DNA of 63,761 nucleotides, counting the filler, from Octopus bimaculoides (taxonomy: Eukaryota): the NCBI RefSeq assembly GCF_001194135.2. It is 9 parts of 9 records of this genome, joined end to end, with 100 filler letters (N's around TTAATTAATTAA, not from the genome) between each part and the next. Parts side by side here need not be neighbours in the genome. Positions count along the whole stretch, not along the records: positions 22,207 to 35,530 come from NC_069002.1; positions 35,631 to 37,683 come from NW_026380260.1; positions 37,784 to 47,485 come from NC_068988.1; 6 more parts are not named here. The stretch is one strand, 5' to 3'. The notes under the pieces are model-generated. The model did not search any database. It was not told the DNA's origin and saw only the letters and a list, made by a program, of their open reading frames with translations. Shown one piece after another: positions 26,003-40,255 of the stretch. Numbering within the stretch: position 1 is the stretch's first letter; each line of letters starts with the position of its first letter. Made by a program: the position numbers and the translations under genes.

Positions 26003-26404
26003 ATTCTTTTTTTCTTTTAGTTCTTTCTGTCAGTCGACTGCGACCATGGTGGAGAACCGCTTTTAGTGGGACAGTCCGACCCCAGCACTTATTCCTTGTA
26101 AGCTTAGTACTTATTCTATCGGTTACTTTTGCTGAACCGCTAATATACGGGGACGTAAACACACCGACATCGATTGTCAATGCGTGGTGGCTGATAAACA
26201 CAGACACACAAATATATACATACATGTATATATATATACACGACGGGCTTCTTTCAGTTACCGTCTACCAAATGCACTCACAAGGCTTTGGTAGGCCCGA
26301 GGCTATGGTAGAAGAGACTTGTCGAAGGTGCCACGCAGTGGGACTGAACACGGAGCCATGTGGTTGGTAAGCAAGATACATACAACACAGCCACTCCTGT
26401 GCCT
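26003..26404 (-). mobile_element. tRNA-derived SINE family B, full length
   Basis: Reverse complement reads gcacaggagtggctgtgttg...gtgttcagtcccactgcgtggcacc...(TA/CA)n...tagaataagtactaagc...ccaccatggtcgcagtc...aaaagaa. Confidence 0.88.
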
Positions 26405-26561
26405 GATATATAGATATATAGAAATTTTTAAATATGCGTGTACATTCGTTTGTGCGTGTGCATTTACACACCGAGAGACACACAAACGCACACGCGTATA
26501 TATATTTATGCCTATGTATGTATATATGTATGCATTTATGTATGTATGCATGTATGCATGC

Positions 26562-26619
<58 letters not shown>

Positions 26620-27919
26620 NNNNNNNNNNNNNNNNNNNNNNNNNNNNNNNNNNNNNNNNNNNNNNNNNNNNNNNNNNNNNNNNNNNNNNNNNNNNNNNNN
26701 NNNNNNNNNNNNNNNNNNNNNNNNNNNNNNNNNNNNNNNNNNNNNNNNNNNNNNNNNNNNNNNNNNNNNNNNNNNNNNNNNNNNNNNNNNNNNNNNNNNN
26801 NNNNNNNNNNNNNNNNNNNNNNNNNNNNNNNNNNNNNNTATATATATATATATATATATTCTGTGTTAACCTAAAATTATCTAAAACCTGACACGCTGAT
26901 GTAAACGCACCTAATCGCAAAGGTTTAAATCATGGCCTCAGCGTTGCACTTGAACCTTCACAATGCTAAAACAAAAGGTTAAATCTTTCATTAGATTAGT
27001 ATCTAAATGAAACTGACAACTTGACTGTGTAACACATATGCTCCCCGATCCGCCTGCCTACATATTTTGTGAATCTCTGGAAGATAACTCCATGACCTGA
27101 AGCTCACAGCTAAATTGACGCACCTGATTACAAAGATCTACATCGATGAACAAATTCGCGACAATTACACATCCGAAATTTAATCATTTATTGATTAAAT
27201 TTTCTACAACACCTCTCCATCACAATCTACGCTACGACCTAATTATCATTAGACATATCTCATCTTACCCTAGCATATGGTAGCATAAGAGACTGCGTAA
27301 AGCCACGATGAACTCAAATCTAACTCAGCACATTTTATGATGGATTAGCTGGCCAACACTTCGAAATCGTTGTGCAATATAAATATAGAATTATCAACAT
27401 GCTTTCAATATCTTTAGAAATGTTCATAAACTAATCATAAACCATTTAATGCGTTAATTTCCCGCTTCACAAAGATGTTGCAAAATTTCGACAAAAATTT
27501 CATTGCAACCAATTACATCTCTGTCGGTAATAAAACATAGATATCCAACAGTAATTGATTATCTATGAAACCAATACAAGCAGCCCAAGAGAAATGCGAT
27601 TGCAGACAAGAAACTAGGAGCTTTTTTCGTAGGAGGTACTCATGATAACAAGTAATATAGAAAGCTACATTATAATCAGTAAACCACACTCTAAAGGCGT
27701 ACTACATTTAAGCCAAGAATATGTTTTAAATAACTAATTACAAAGAGGACACAAGTAATTACACAGAGGAAAGTACACATTTATTTCGATTCAATAATAA
27801 GTGCACTGTCATATCCCTTTTGAAATACGTTCGTTTATGGTTGAAGTGAAATAAAATGTGAAGCATTAACGGTATGCAATTTACTAACTCCAGGCGTCTG
27901 ACATTATTACAGTCAGTGT

Positions 27920-28131
27920 AAGGTGACGAGCTTGCAGAAACGTTAGAACGCCGGGCGACATTTTTAGCGGTATTTCGTCTGTTTTATGTTCTGAGTTCAA
28001 ATTCCGCCGAGGTCGACTTTGCCTTTCATCCTTTCGGGTCGATAAAAAAAGTACCAGTTGCGTACTTCGGTCGATCTGATCGTCTGGCCCTCTCCCCCAA
28101 ACTTTTGGGCCTTGTACCTAGAGTAGAAAAG
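27920..28131 (+). mobile_element. SINE A' with 17-bp TSD (1 mismatch)
   Basis: A box, B box and core present. attattacagtcagtgt (27903-27919) vs attattacagttagtgt (28132-28148). Confidence 0.9.
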
Positions 28132-28345
28132 ATTATTACAGTTAGTGTGAATCTTAACAAATTGGCTCTTTGCTAAGGTTGGTGAGGTAATGCAGAAACT
28201 GATGGTGAGACCCTAAAAGGGCTGCAGATCTATTAAGACAGTTCGTCATATTGTTTTCAATGTACAATGAAATAGGTAAAAATGATCTGCTTGTATTGTT
28301 CCTACGCAGGTATGTCTGTGTGTCTGTTTGTGTGTGTGAATGTAT

Positions 28346-28383
<38 letters not shown>

Positions 28384-29145
28384 GTGTGTGTTTGTAGGTG
28401 TTTGTTTTTGCTAATAGAATCATGTATATTTACAAATTACTATATATTTATATAGCAATATATCTCTCTGTCTATCTTTGTCTCTCTCTCTCTCTTTCTC
28501 TGTATATATATGATACAAAGATATATACATGTGTGTGTATGTGTTTCAATGGATGTACATGTTAGTATACATGTTTGTGCGCATGAGCGTGTGATAAGAT
28601 TGCAACGTATCTACAGCATCATGTAGCCGTGAATTGCCACATCCTTAATAAACCCTTTTCATTTGCAGTTCTGATGGGAGTTGAAATTTGAAAGCAACAG
28701 GCTACTGCGCAATTCACATATAACTAGGATATCAGATTTAACAAGTGTTGCTGAAGCTTGGCTCGCTTGCTGCTATATTTCTTCATTTCATTTATCATGA
28801 GATCGGAATTAAATGAATTGTAAATGTTGAAATATTAAATATCTGCATAAGAAATCCATAAACATAATGGAATTTAATTTTCGCTCTTCACCGTATTTAT
28901 AATTAGAAATTGCTCTGAGAGTATTACAGAGAATTAAAATATTGGTGAGTGTATTGATCCTCAATATTTCATAATGAATATTGAGTATTTAATAAATCAG
29001 TATTCAAGTAGTTCTAAGAGAGAAGAACCGTATTCTCAACTCAGTAGGAATTCAAATGTAGACGTTTTTGTTTTTGCCGAATTCATTATGAGTTGGTAAA
29101 TGATTATCGAAAATTCTAGTAATGTTCTTATACTTCATATCTATC

Positions 29146-29199
<54 letters not shown>

Positions 29200-29209
29200 N
29201 NNNNNNNNN

Positions 29210-29500
29210 GTGGGTGTTTATTGAGAGAAAGCACCTAAAACTCCACGAGGCTCCAGCACGGGCTGGTGGTGAACTCTGCTGTACTCTTTCACCACAACTT
29301 TCTCTCACTCTTACATCCTGTTTCTGTTGTGCCTGTAATTCAAAGGGCCAGCCTTGTCACACTGTGTCACGCTGAATATCCCCGAGAACTACGTTATAGA
29401 TACACGTGTCTGTGGAGTGCTCAGCCTCTTGCACGTTAATTTCACGAGCAAGTTGTTCCGTTGATCGGATCAACTTGAACCCTCGACGACGTAAGCGACA
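29210..29500 (+). mobile_element. SINE family C, head lost in gap
   Basis: Body matches 44182-44550 and 45901-46286 (ctgctgtactcttt...gtcacactgtgtcacgctgaatatccccgag). Confidence 0.88.
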
Positions 29501-30705
29501 ATCTAGGAGAGACAATGGAAAGCAGGAAAGCTATTCCGTTTCTCATACCAGAATACATCTGCAACTGAGCAGTCAAAAAATTTAATTTGCAGCAATGTGG
29601 TTTTGAGTTCAATCGTCTTACTTCACCACCATGGCTAATTGTCTTCTACCAAAGCTATGGCTCGGATATGTTATTTCCATTTTCCGTTGGTCGAGTTAAT
29701 TCCGCTTAATTCTGCTTAACATCAACGACTGTATCCATGGTGGACTTTCGCAAAATTAGGTTTATATCATTAATGAACAAAATGTGGAGGCTGCACATTC
29801 GACGAAAAATAACAGTAATATATGTTTATCTAAAGCCGATAAGACAAATGGAAATATATCTTGTAGCATGTCTTACTTATACAAGGTGGTCATGTTTAAG
29901 AGAGTCTTTGTTTGTAGGTTTTGGCTAGACAAAGAATAATCTACGACAAACAAAGCGAACGATTTTAGTTCCTTTTGCTTGTTACAATGCGGAATATTTC
30001 AGGTGACGGTTATAATGGCCGACGTGCTTTATATGGACAGTGAAATATGTTCAGGTGCTAGAATAGTGCGAGTTCCAATCGTGGATGTTTCTCATCAAAC
30101 GAATTCTAGCTGTAGCTATTATTTCCTTTTACACAAAGAATATATGTATTACTGTATTACCTATTCTTACACTGCGTATCAGGCCCGTTCTACTTGAATG
30201 CTGTTCCGCTTGGTTTCAGAGAGAACTGAACCGCTTATTACAAGGATGTTAACTGACCAGATAGAAGCCTCATGCACTGGTAACCCAGTCATCACTTACA
30301 TTTGAATGCCAGTATAAATTTTATATTCTCCACAAAAGCGGCCAACTGGCAGAATCTGTTATTGAACGGCAGGTAGAACTTACGACTATATGTTTTGAGT
30401 TCATATTTCGCCGACGTCAACATTGTTTTTCATCATTTCGGGATCCATATAATAAATATCAATTGAGTGCCAAATGTGGGCCTAAATGTGAATCCTTATT
30501 TCATGATATCAATCCATTTCTGATAGTAATTTCTAGCAGGACAAAATGGTATGGTATCCTCACCCAACTAATATAATTCGATCATTATACCCTCACCCAA
30601 ATTATTTATTTTGTTAATTATAAAGTCACTAAAATTATATATCCTTGTTATTAATTGTTTGAAGATGTCAGCTGACACAGTGATGTTTATACCATTGCAA
30701 ACTAT

Positions 30706-30893
30706 TGTTTTTTTTCTCTAGGCACAAGGCCCGAAATTTTTGGGGAGGTGGCCATACGATTAGATCGACCCCAGTCGACCCCGAAAAGCAAAGTCGACCT
30801 CGGTGGAATTTGAACTCAAAACGTAAACACAAACGAAATATCGCTAAGCATTTCGCCCGGCGTGCTAACGTTTCTGCCAGCGTCCCACGCCTT
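30706..30893 (-). mobile_element. SINE A' (internally deleted)
   Basis: Reverse-complement head ctggcagaaacgttagcacgccgggcgaaatgc...gagttcaaattcc. The 8-mer actattgt occurs on both flanks. Confidence 0.85.
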
Positions 30894-31299
30894 ACTATTG
30901 TCAAATATTATCTGTTTCTGTATAAAGACTTTAGATGTAATATCTAGTTAAACAAAACTGCAGTGTACATGTTAGCCGGGTCCATAATATTTTGGAAAGT
31001 TTATACACCTCAGATATGACACTAACACACATACGCATCTAACAAGAATCATTATGAATACATGGACACATCCAATCCTACCACTATACACAAATGCACA
31101 TATATGTATATGTGTGCTTACGTGGTCATACGTAGGGTGAGCTGCCGTATGCGTATGAATATTTCTTGGATAGGTCCTGCTTCATTAATTTTCATGTAAT
31201 TTCGATCAGTCGAGTGTCTGAATTCTTGGATATTCGTGAAACGTAATGCAACAGCAAATGTATCAGCGGAATAGAATTAAATATACCACATACCATGTG

Positions 31300-31670
31300 A
31301 TTCCCGATATTCTCATTGAGAAATATGGTTTCTAAGGAGAATATTGAGCATAGAATTGACAAAGGGTTCAGTGTAGAAGTGATAACTCGGGATGCGGTAA
31401 ATAGAAAATTGCTACGTGAGATAGGGGCGAAGCAACTGAGATTTCTTAGTCACGAGATGAAGAAAGACGTCCGGAAGGATATAGCGATGACCGGAAAGAC
31501 TAAAGTGAAATGAAACAGAGAAAGGAGACGGATGATATGGATGTCAAGCTTGACGAAGTGGCTGGATGAAAGAGGCATTAAACATCAGGAAGTGGAACTG
31601 TTAGAAAAAAACAAAGGACAGATAGTTGTGGCAGGACATGACTGCTATTGTCCTACATATTGGGCTAAAG
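31300..31670 (+). mobile_element. Decayed 3' end of a LINE ORF2
   Basis: IGAKQLRFLSHEMKKDVRKDIAMTGKTKVK*...RMIWMSSLTKWL resembles the QL.FLGH..RK...L..TGK..G.R...W..SL..W C-terminal pattern of RTE-like LINEs. Confidence 0.65.
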
Positions 31671-32193
31671 AAGAAAAATATGTACCACGTATTGAGTACC
31701 TTTTCGTTTGCTATTAAGAACGTATACACATACACCTTGTTTATGCAACTATATTTCGATTAATTTGGCTTTGACTCCGAAGGCAGGTGTCTTTATGCTG
31801 ATAGGTGGAATCTTTTAATCGTTCGCGTTTGTAGATGTATATGTGAGTGTGTATATATCACTGGAGACCAACTGAATATAATCGAACGGATCATATTGGC
31901 TTAGAGATTTCAAATTGATATCTCTTTCTTAATCAACCGACATTTCACCTTTTGCAGCTGTTGTTAAAGTAAAGCATTTACATTTAAACAATTTCTAAGA
32001 ATCACGGTCATATATAATTCCAGTCCTAAACATTTGTTTTCACAGAGTTAATCCCACAAAACGCAAATCTCTCTTTGCTTTAAACATTTGTAGATCCTTT
32101 TGCTGTTTAGTGTTGGCCTTCTGAATAGACACATGGCCTCAAATAAGGCGACTTGCCATACACATAGATATAAATTTATGTGTATGTGTGTGT

Positions 32194-32239
<46 letters not shown>

Positions 32240-32565
32240 GAGTAAAGGTAGACAACAAACGCATAGAGGTAAGTACATTCATACACAAGGCAAACATATG
32301 TATATATATATGTGTGTGTGTGTATATATATATATATGTGTGCATGTATGCATGTATGCATGTATGCATGTTTGTATGTATGTATGTATGTATGTATGAA
32401 TGTATATGCAAATGTATTGGTGGATATATAATTTCTTTATTTGTGAATTAAGGCTACTATTGTTTTCATGTTAGAAAAAGTAGGAAAATGTCCTAGTGTC
32501 CTAACAATTTTTCAAGCCGATCCTATTTCAAGCCGAAATATGTGTTTTGTGTGTGGTTTGTGTGT

Positions 32566-32680
<115 letters not shown>

Positions 32681-33746
32681 CAGTGCCAAATTCGGGATTA
32701 CTTGACAGTCTTAAAAGAATCTGGAGTCTATTTCATGCGCTTAGTAATTGGTTGGTGTTTTAAACCAGACACTGGGTTACATCTACCAAAACACAAACAG
32801 GATCACACGCATAGATGGAGCTTTCCACCGTTTCCGTCTTTGGTTGAGAATGTATATTTGTGTGTCATATACTATAATGTGTATATACTACTACGTGTAT
32901 ATAATGTTGCGTGCACATAACATTGCGTCTGTTTATGTTTTGTGTGTGCGCAAGCGAGTGAGTATGCGTTTGTGTGCGTATGAGGAACAATTCTCTTTCA
33001 AATTTTGTTCGAAAGAGAAAATGGTGCTTTCAACATTATATTATACGAAAATAAATCGTTGTTTTAGCAACGAAATACCTATCCAATAAAACAGCAATAT
33101 ATCTTTGGGAAAATATGTATTCTAGTTTGTCAGATTGCAAATATAAACTTGAAACAATAAAGAAATGTCCAAAATATATATTGGATATTAAAGACACATA
33201 AATAACCAATCATCTGCTATCTTATTGTTGAAGTAAATTATTATACCTCAGTATTTCATACATTTCAATTAATAACTAACGAAATAGGAAAGTGGCACAG
33301 TAAATGTAAATTATATGAACGGTAGAGACATTTGAACGCAATATACTATTGCAAAACAGTTCTTATTGCTACTAAGATATCAAATAAGGAAAGTGGAACA
33401 AATGTCAAATAAATTCACTTTGCGTTATATTACAATATGGTCCGTCTCCAGTATACGAAGAACATATTGGGTTTTTTCTTTGTTGTTATTTTTCATCGTC
33501 GCTACTGCTTTTGATGTTGCTCTGTCTCTGTTGGACAATGTATGGACAGAACACGGACGAATGGAGGCGCAGCCGTGACCATTCTGTATTAGAAAAGTAA
33601 TATACATGATACTACATCATCCAGCAACGTATTGGTAGAATTTCATGAAGATTTTGCCGATATTTTTATGAAACTGCGGCACGGAAGTCGATAAAATGTG
33701 AATGCATACATGTGTGTATGTATATGTGTGCGTGTCTGCGTGTATA

Positions 33747-33799
<53 letters not shown>

Positions 33800-35278
33800 N
33801 NNNNNNNNNNNNNNNNNNNNNNNNNNNNNNNNNNNNNNNNNNNNNNNNNNNNNNNNNNNNNNNNNNNNNNNNNNNNNNNNNNNNNNNNNNNNNNNNNNNN
33901 NNNNNNNNNNNNNNNNNNNNNNNNNNNNNNNNNNNNNNNNNNNNNNNNNNNNNNNNNNNNNNNNNNNNNNNNNNNNNNNNNNNNNNNNNNNNNNNNNNNN
34001 NNNNNNNNNNNNNNNNNNNNNNNNNNNNNNNNNNNNNNNNNNNNNNNNNNNNNNNNNNNNNNNNNNNNNNNNNNNNNNNNNNNNNNNNNNNNNNNNNNNN
34101 NNNNNNNNNNNNNNNNNNNNNNNNNNNNNNNNNNNNNNNNNNNNNNNNNNNNNNNNNNNNNNNNNNNNNNNNNNNNNNNNNNNNNNNNNNNNNNNNNNNN
34201 NNNNNNNNNNNNNNNNNNNNNNNNNNNNNNNNNNNNNNNNNNNNNNNNNNNNNNNNNNNATATATATATATATAGGTATGAATGTATTTGTGTATGTATG
34301 TATATTTATATATACATCAGCATATGTATATGCCTGATTTTTCCAACCAACCACATTGGACATCAACCAATGGCAAGTTGCCTGTAATCTCTCTAAACCT
34401 CCTATAAGGGGAACTAAGTTTTCAAACTCTTGTCACAGATGAGACAGTTACGTAATAACACCACCTTCCTCCGTCTTACTCTACGTTTGAAAACCATGAA
34501 ACTATGAAACTGGATTAAGAGAAAAAGAGCTTGTGAAAGACACCTTTTGAAATTTCAATTTGATTTCTTTACATCATGTATATACCCGCAGGCGCACAAA
34601 TATACATACATTCGTATATACATGCATAATGTTTACTCATTTATTGTATATTATACATGTATAAGCTTTACGTCACTATCAAGTTAGTTTTTACTCCGAT
34701 AAACAAAGGTGACTAAATGACAGAAGTTTAACAATATATTTAAGAGACGAAACAGAAATTTATTCTGAATATTTAACACTTCGAAAGTAATTAAGCTACT
34801 TATATGAAAATTAATTGATTATAATTAGGCACCAGGTTGATTCTGCTCAAAATTTATTTACATAAGTTCGATTATATGTATTTCTACCAAAGAAGATTCT
34901 GGAGCAAATATTCAGTTCGAACACATCCGAAAATGTTCCTAGACATGCATATAATGATACAGGCACAAGAAAGTAAGTGTATTAGCGAAGCAGACATGTC
35001 TATGAAACAAATATACGTCTATGTCCATTTATTTCCACTTTTGTTAAAAGATTACTTTTGTTAAAATCTTTGATTTGAAATCTAGTTTCATACTGCTAAG
35101 CTAATATCATTAAATATTTAGTAATAAAGAAAACAAACCAAAGATAAAATAAACCAAAGAATTGGAAAATATATACTTTTATAACATATGTATGACAATA
35201 TAATTTAAAGTCATTAACGTTTCTTTGGAAATTTTGCTTTAGAATTCTGCTTTCATATCGATATACTGATGTTCAAAG

Positions 35279-35329
<51 letters not shown>

Positions 35330-35497
35330 TATACGTACATGTATATGTGTGTGTGTGTGTCTGTATGTGTATGTGTGTGAGTGGGTGAGTGTGTAAATAC
35401 ATATAAATATATATAAATGTATCCATATGCATGTCATTTCATATATATATGATGTTTGTATATATATATATATATATGATGTATGTATTTGTATATG

Positions 35498-35530
<33 letters not shown>

Positions 35531-35630
35531 NNNNNNNNNNNNNNNNNNNNNNNNNNNNNNNNNNNNNNNNNNNNTTAATTAATTAANNNNNNNNNNNNNN
35601 NNNNNNNNNNNNNNNNNNNNNNNNNNNNNN

Positions 35631-36375
35631 AGTCAAGTTACCAGATATCCTTACTGTTTCGGGCAGTTACATTTGAGACAGTTCGATCTGGTTGCTCCCA
35701 AAAAGTCTAAGCTAAGAGCATTAGATTTTTTGTTAGAAAGCTAGCGAATGTGTACGGCAACAAAGACAAAAACAAAAAAAACTGAGAACATGGTACACAA
35801 TTGCAAATACTAACAATAAGTGTCTTTCGACTGAGAACGAATCAAATTGATCTGGCGTGTGTAAAGTGAAAGGCTAAAGGCAGGAACATAGGAGATGTTG
35901 GCGGTCGGCAGTCAGACCACGAAAGATCATGACTGGGCGGATACCGGTCACGTGGAAGGAGAAGAGAGGGGTAGGGGGCAGCGGGATTGTAGGATTAGAA
36001 AAAAAAATCAGACAAAGGGAAAAGTACAAGGGAGATAAACGAGGAGAGAAAGTGGGAGTTAAAGAAAGAGAGGGCCAAGAAATGTGAGAGAGAAGGGGAG
36101 CGAGAAAAAGAAAAGGAAGAAAGCATGAGGGGGACTAAAAGATAGAGTAAAAGAGTCATACAAAGTTTAGATACATGCTTACTATAAGGTGAGCACAAGT
36201 GTGTTCGTACGCCGCTATATGTATATATGAATATATAAAATGGAACAAAAAGCGCCATAGGGGACAATAAAAGATTTGGACAGACAGACGATACAAAAGC
36301 GGACAAGAGAAACAACAATTAGAAGGACAAGGGTAAAAAAGGACGAGTCATTCGTGGCCACTTTCCTCGGCCCTG
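35631..36375 (-). repeat. Dispersed repeat family X, copy 2 (segment A, CT-rich spacer, segment C)
   Basis: Homologous to 335-700, but with the two segments in permuted order. Truncated by a gap at 35630. Confidence 0.72.
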
Positions 36376-37783
36376 TGGACTTCCTCGAACTTACATACCA
36401 TTTATCTATTTAAAAACAAAACAAAAANNNNNNNNNNNNNNNNNNNNNNNNNNNNNNNNNNNNNNNNNNNNNNNNNNNNNNNNNNNNNNNNNNNNNNNNN
36501 NNNNNNNNNNNNNNNNNNNNNNNNNNNNNNNNNNNNNNNNNNNNNNNNNNNNNNNNNNNNNNNNNNNNNNNNNNNNNNNNNNNNNNNNNNNNNNNNNNNN
36601 NNNNNNNNNNNNNNNNNNNNNNNNNNNNNNNNNNNNNNNNNNNNNNNNNNNNNNNNNNNNNNNNNNNNNNNNNNNNNNNNNNNNNNNNNNNNNNNNNNNN
36701 NNNNNNNNNNNNNNNNNNNNNNNNNNNNNNNNNNNNNNNNNNNNNNNNNNNNNNNNNNNNNNNNNNNNNNNNNNNNNNNNNNNNNNNNNNNNNNNNNNNN
36801 NNNNNNNNNNNNNNNNNNNNNNNNNNNNNNNNNNNNNNNNNNNNNNNNNNNNNNNNNNNNNNNNNNNNNNNNNNNNNNNNNNNNNNNNNNNNNNNNNNNN
36901 NNNNNNNNNNNNNNNNNNNNNNNNNNNNNNNNNNNNNNNNNNNNNNNNNNNNNNNNNNNNNNNNNNNNNNNNNNNNNNNNNNNNNNNNNNNNNNNNNNNN
37001 NNNNNNNNNNNNNNNNNNNNNNNNNNNNNNNNNNNNNNNNNNNNNNNNNNNNNNNNNNNNNNNNNNNNNNNNNNNNNNNNNNNNNNNNNNNNNNNNNNNN
37101 NNNNNNNNNNNNNNNNNNNNNNNNNNNNNNNNNNNNNNNNNNNNNNNNNNNNNNNNNNNNNNNNNNNNNTCTTTGCAGTAGAGATTACCTTGCGTTCTGT
37201 TGCTGTTATTGATAATACCGCCAGAGAACTAAAGATGGCACTACTGTCTGTGGTGGTGATGGTGATGGTGATGGTGTTATAGGTAGTGGTAGTTGAGCCA
37301 GTGGTGGTGGTGGTGGTGGAGGTGGTGGTGGAGGTGGTACTGCGATTGTTATCAAATGGTGTTATTGTTGCTGTTAACGTTGATGTTGTTATTGCATTAT
37401 GTGCACAGGGCATGCGCGCGAATGTTCTCGCATGTTTGTATGTATGTGTGGTGTCTGTGTTTATGTATGTATGTATGTATGTATGTATGTATGTATGTAT
37501 GTATGTGTTTATGTGTTTATGTATGTACTTGTTCATGTATGTATGCATGTATGTATGTATGTGTGTATATATATATATGTGTTTATGTATATATGTATGT
37601 ATATATGAATGCATGTATGTATGCATGTATGTATGTGTGTATATATATGTATGTGTTTATGTATATATGTATGTATATATGAANNNNNNNNNNNNNNNNN
37701 NNNNNNNNNNNNNNNNNNNNNNNNNNNTTAATTAATTAANNNNNNNNNNNNNNNNNNNNNNNNNNNNNNNNNNNNNNNNNNNN

Positions 37784-38028
37784 GGATCGGGGGACCCTGT
37801 CAAAGGCTTTCTCCATGTCAACGAAAGCCAGGTACAGAGGTTTATCCTTAGCTAGGTATTTCTCCTGCAACTGTCTCACTAGAAATAAGGCATCAGTAGT
37901 GCTTTTACCTGGCACGAACCCAAACTGCATCTCATCTAAATTGATTCGCTCCCTAATTAGTTGGGCTATGACCCTCTCTGTAACTTTCATAACCTGATCT
38001 AACAGCTTGATGCCTCTGTAATTATTTG
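37784..38028 (-). mobile_element. RTE-clade LINE RT fragment (N-terminal RT)
   Basis: Intact frame NYRGIKLLDQVMKVTERVI...MQFGFVPGKSTTDALF...LAFVDMEKAFDRVP running into a gap. Confidence 0.92.
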
Positions 38029-38164
38029 TAGGGGTGGGTATCCAGTTTTTGTCTTAAATTCATACTTATTCATTTTCTAAGCTTCCTAAATTCATGCTAC
38101 GTACATACTCCATTCACCTAGATTTCACCGCTCCCTTATATATATATATTGGTTCAAACAAGAA

Positions 38165-38310
38165 AAACCGATATTGTGTTACTGGACGCTCGGGAAAGGA
38201 AAGAAAGAGAATTTGACGTTTCGAGCGGAGCTCTTTGTCGGAAACATAGGACAGTCCAAAGAAGAGAAGACGGAGGAAGAAAAAATCGCCAACGATATCC
38301 ACGAGGTTTT
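38165..38310 (-). repeat. Penelope-like terminal remnant with a degenerate hammerhead core
   Basis: Reverse complement gttt-CCGACAA-A-GAGC-tcc-GCTC-GAAA-C-GTC-aaat-tctctttctttcctttcc. The flank resembles 51241-51275. Confidence 0.5.
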
Positions 38311-38311
38311 A

Positions 38312-38359
<48 letters not shown>

Positions 38360-38384
38360 TATATATATATACATGTATGTATTT

Positions 38385-38585
38385 GTATGTGTGTTTGTTC
38401 CCACTCCATCGCTTGACAACCAATGTTGGTGTTTGCATCTCTATAACTTAGCTGTTCAGCAAAAGGTACCAATAGAATAAGCACTAGGCTGAAAAAAAAT
38501 AAGTCGTGGGGTGGATTTGTTCGACTAAAGGCAGTGCTCCAGCATGACCACAGTCAAATGGCTGAAACAAGTAAAAGAATAAAAA
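38385..38585 (+). mobile_element. SINE B 3' half
   Basis: catcgcttgacaacc...tagaataagcactaggc...gtgctccagcatgaccacagtcaaatggctgaaacaagtaaaagaataaa. Confidence 0.82.
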
Positions 38586-38664
38586 GGATACACATTTCCT
38601 GATAATGTTGAATTATAAAAATATGATTGTTTTTTTTTGTTTGTTTTTGAACATTAAATGTACT

Positions 38665-38771
38665 TATTCTACATTAAATGTACTTATTCTATCGGTCTCT
38701 TTTGCCGAACCACTAGGTTACAGGGATGTAAACACACCATCATCAGTTGTCAAGCATTAGTGGAGGGACAG

Positions 38772-38813
<42 letters not shown>

Positions 38814-39361
38814 GACAGGCTGCTTTCAGTTTCTGTCAACCAAATCCACTCACACGACTTTGGTTGGTTTGAGGCTATAGTTGAAGACACTTGCCCAAGG
38901 TACCATGCAGTGGGAATGAACCCGGAACCATGTGGTTGAGAAGCAAGCTTCTTACCACACAGCCACTCCTGGAGCACCACCTTGAAGGTTTTTTTTTAAG
39001 TCAAAGAAATCGACCCCAGGACTTATTCTCTGTAAGCCTGATACTTATTCTATCGGTCTCTTTTGCCAAACCACTAAGTTATGGGGATGTAAACATACCA
39101 ACATTGGTTGTCAAGCGATGGTGAGGGGATGAACAGACACAAAGACACACACATAAAAATACACACACTCACACACACATATGTATATATGTATACATAT
39201 ATACGATGGACTTCTTTCACTTTCCGTCTACCAAATCCACTCACAAGATTTTGGTCAGCCCAAGACTATAGTAGAACACATTTACCCAATGTGCCACACA
39301 GTGGGACTGAACCCAAAACAATGTAGTTGGGAAGCAAGCTTCTTACCACATAGCCACACCT
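38665..39361 (-). mobile_element. Two tandem SINE B copies (38665-38970 and 38972-39361)
   Basis: Each has the reverse-complement tRNA-like head, an internal (CA)n tract and part of the tail. Confidence 0.85.
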
Positions 39362-39479
39362 GATGTAGGGGTTTCCAATAGTGGTCTCAGAGAGTAGCGT
39401 CCCTGCTTTCCTGAGCTAGTTTGCCACTACATTTCTTAAAAATCGTAGCAGAGGTCTCGGTCTCGGGACCACTCATGTC

Positions 39480-39706
39480 TAGAAACTGAGGTTGGAGGGT
39501 AACCAAGGGCATGCTCCCTGTAGAAAATCCAGCTCCAAAAAGCCACAGGATAGCAAAGGAGAAGGGCACCAGCCAGCCCAAAGGTTGGGGTGGGCTGCAC
39601 TTGCCTATCTCAGTTGTTATGCCATTGGGGTAGATCCGGCCACCCCCATCAACGGGGACAAAACTTAGATTTAAAATACTGTATGATGATGATGATGATG
39701 ATGATG
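39480..39706 (+). mobile_element. Probable retroposon 3' end with a (GAT)n tail
   Basis: GC-richer segment (aagggcatgctccctgtag...) ending aaacttagatttaaaatactgt(atg)n. Confidence 0.4.
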
Positions 39707-40215
39707 CACACACATACACACACACACATGTACATGTGCATGTATGTATATGCATATCACTGATTTAAAGTGCAACACAAACTAACATAAATTGTTAACA
39801 GCTAAACTAGTATGTATTAACTAATAGATAAACAAAATATAAATTGTGTAGACGATGATAATGATGATGATTTTTAATCCTCCTCCTCCTCTTTCTTATC
39901 ATCATCATTCGTAAAAATTAGATTTTATTTTATGCTGTCCTACTTTTTACCCTTTTCTTTTTCTTTTTTGAATACCCAATGCTAATCAATACAAGTTGTA
40001 AACGTTTAGCCTCAAATTAGCCCTGGTTGAGGAAAACTCCGATTACATTGTCCAACAATCTTTTCTTTCTGTCTTTCTTTCTTTCTTTCTGAAACAGAGG
40101 TTGTAATTTGAAAGAAAGACACGGCTACTATTTCTAGTATGTCCAGCGACCACTTACAGTCACTGTCTCTAAGTCTCTCGTTGACCCGTTCGTAAAAACA
40201 CGTTTGAAGTGGATG

Positions 40216-40255
<40 letters not shown>

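Noticed and set aside
34880-34975. AG...GTAAGT-bounded open segment (KILEQIFSSNTSENVPRHAYNDTGTRK) as the next receptor exon
   Set aside because: No similarity to the expected NPR/GC sequence and a weak acceptor. Similar chance candidates at 28220-28309, 29999-30050 and 37179 were also dismissed.
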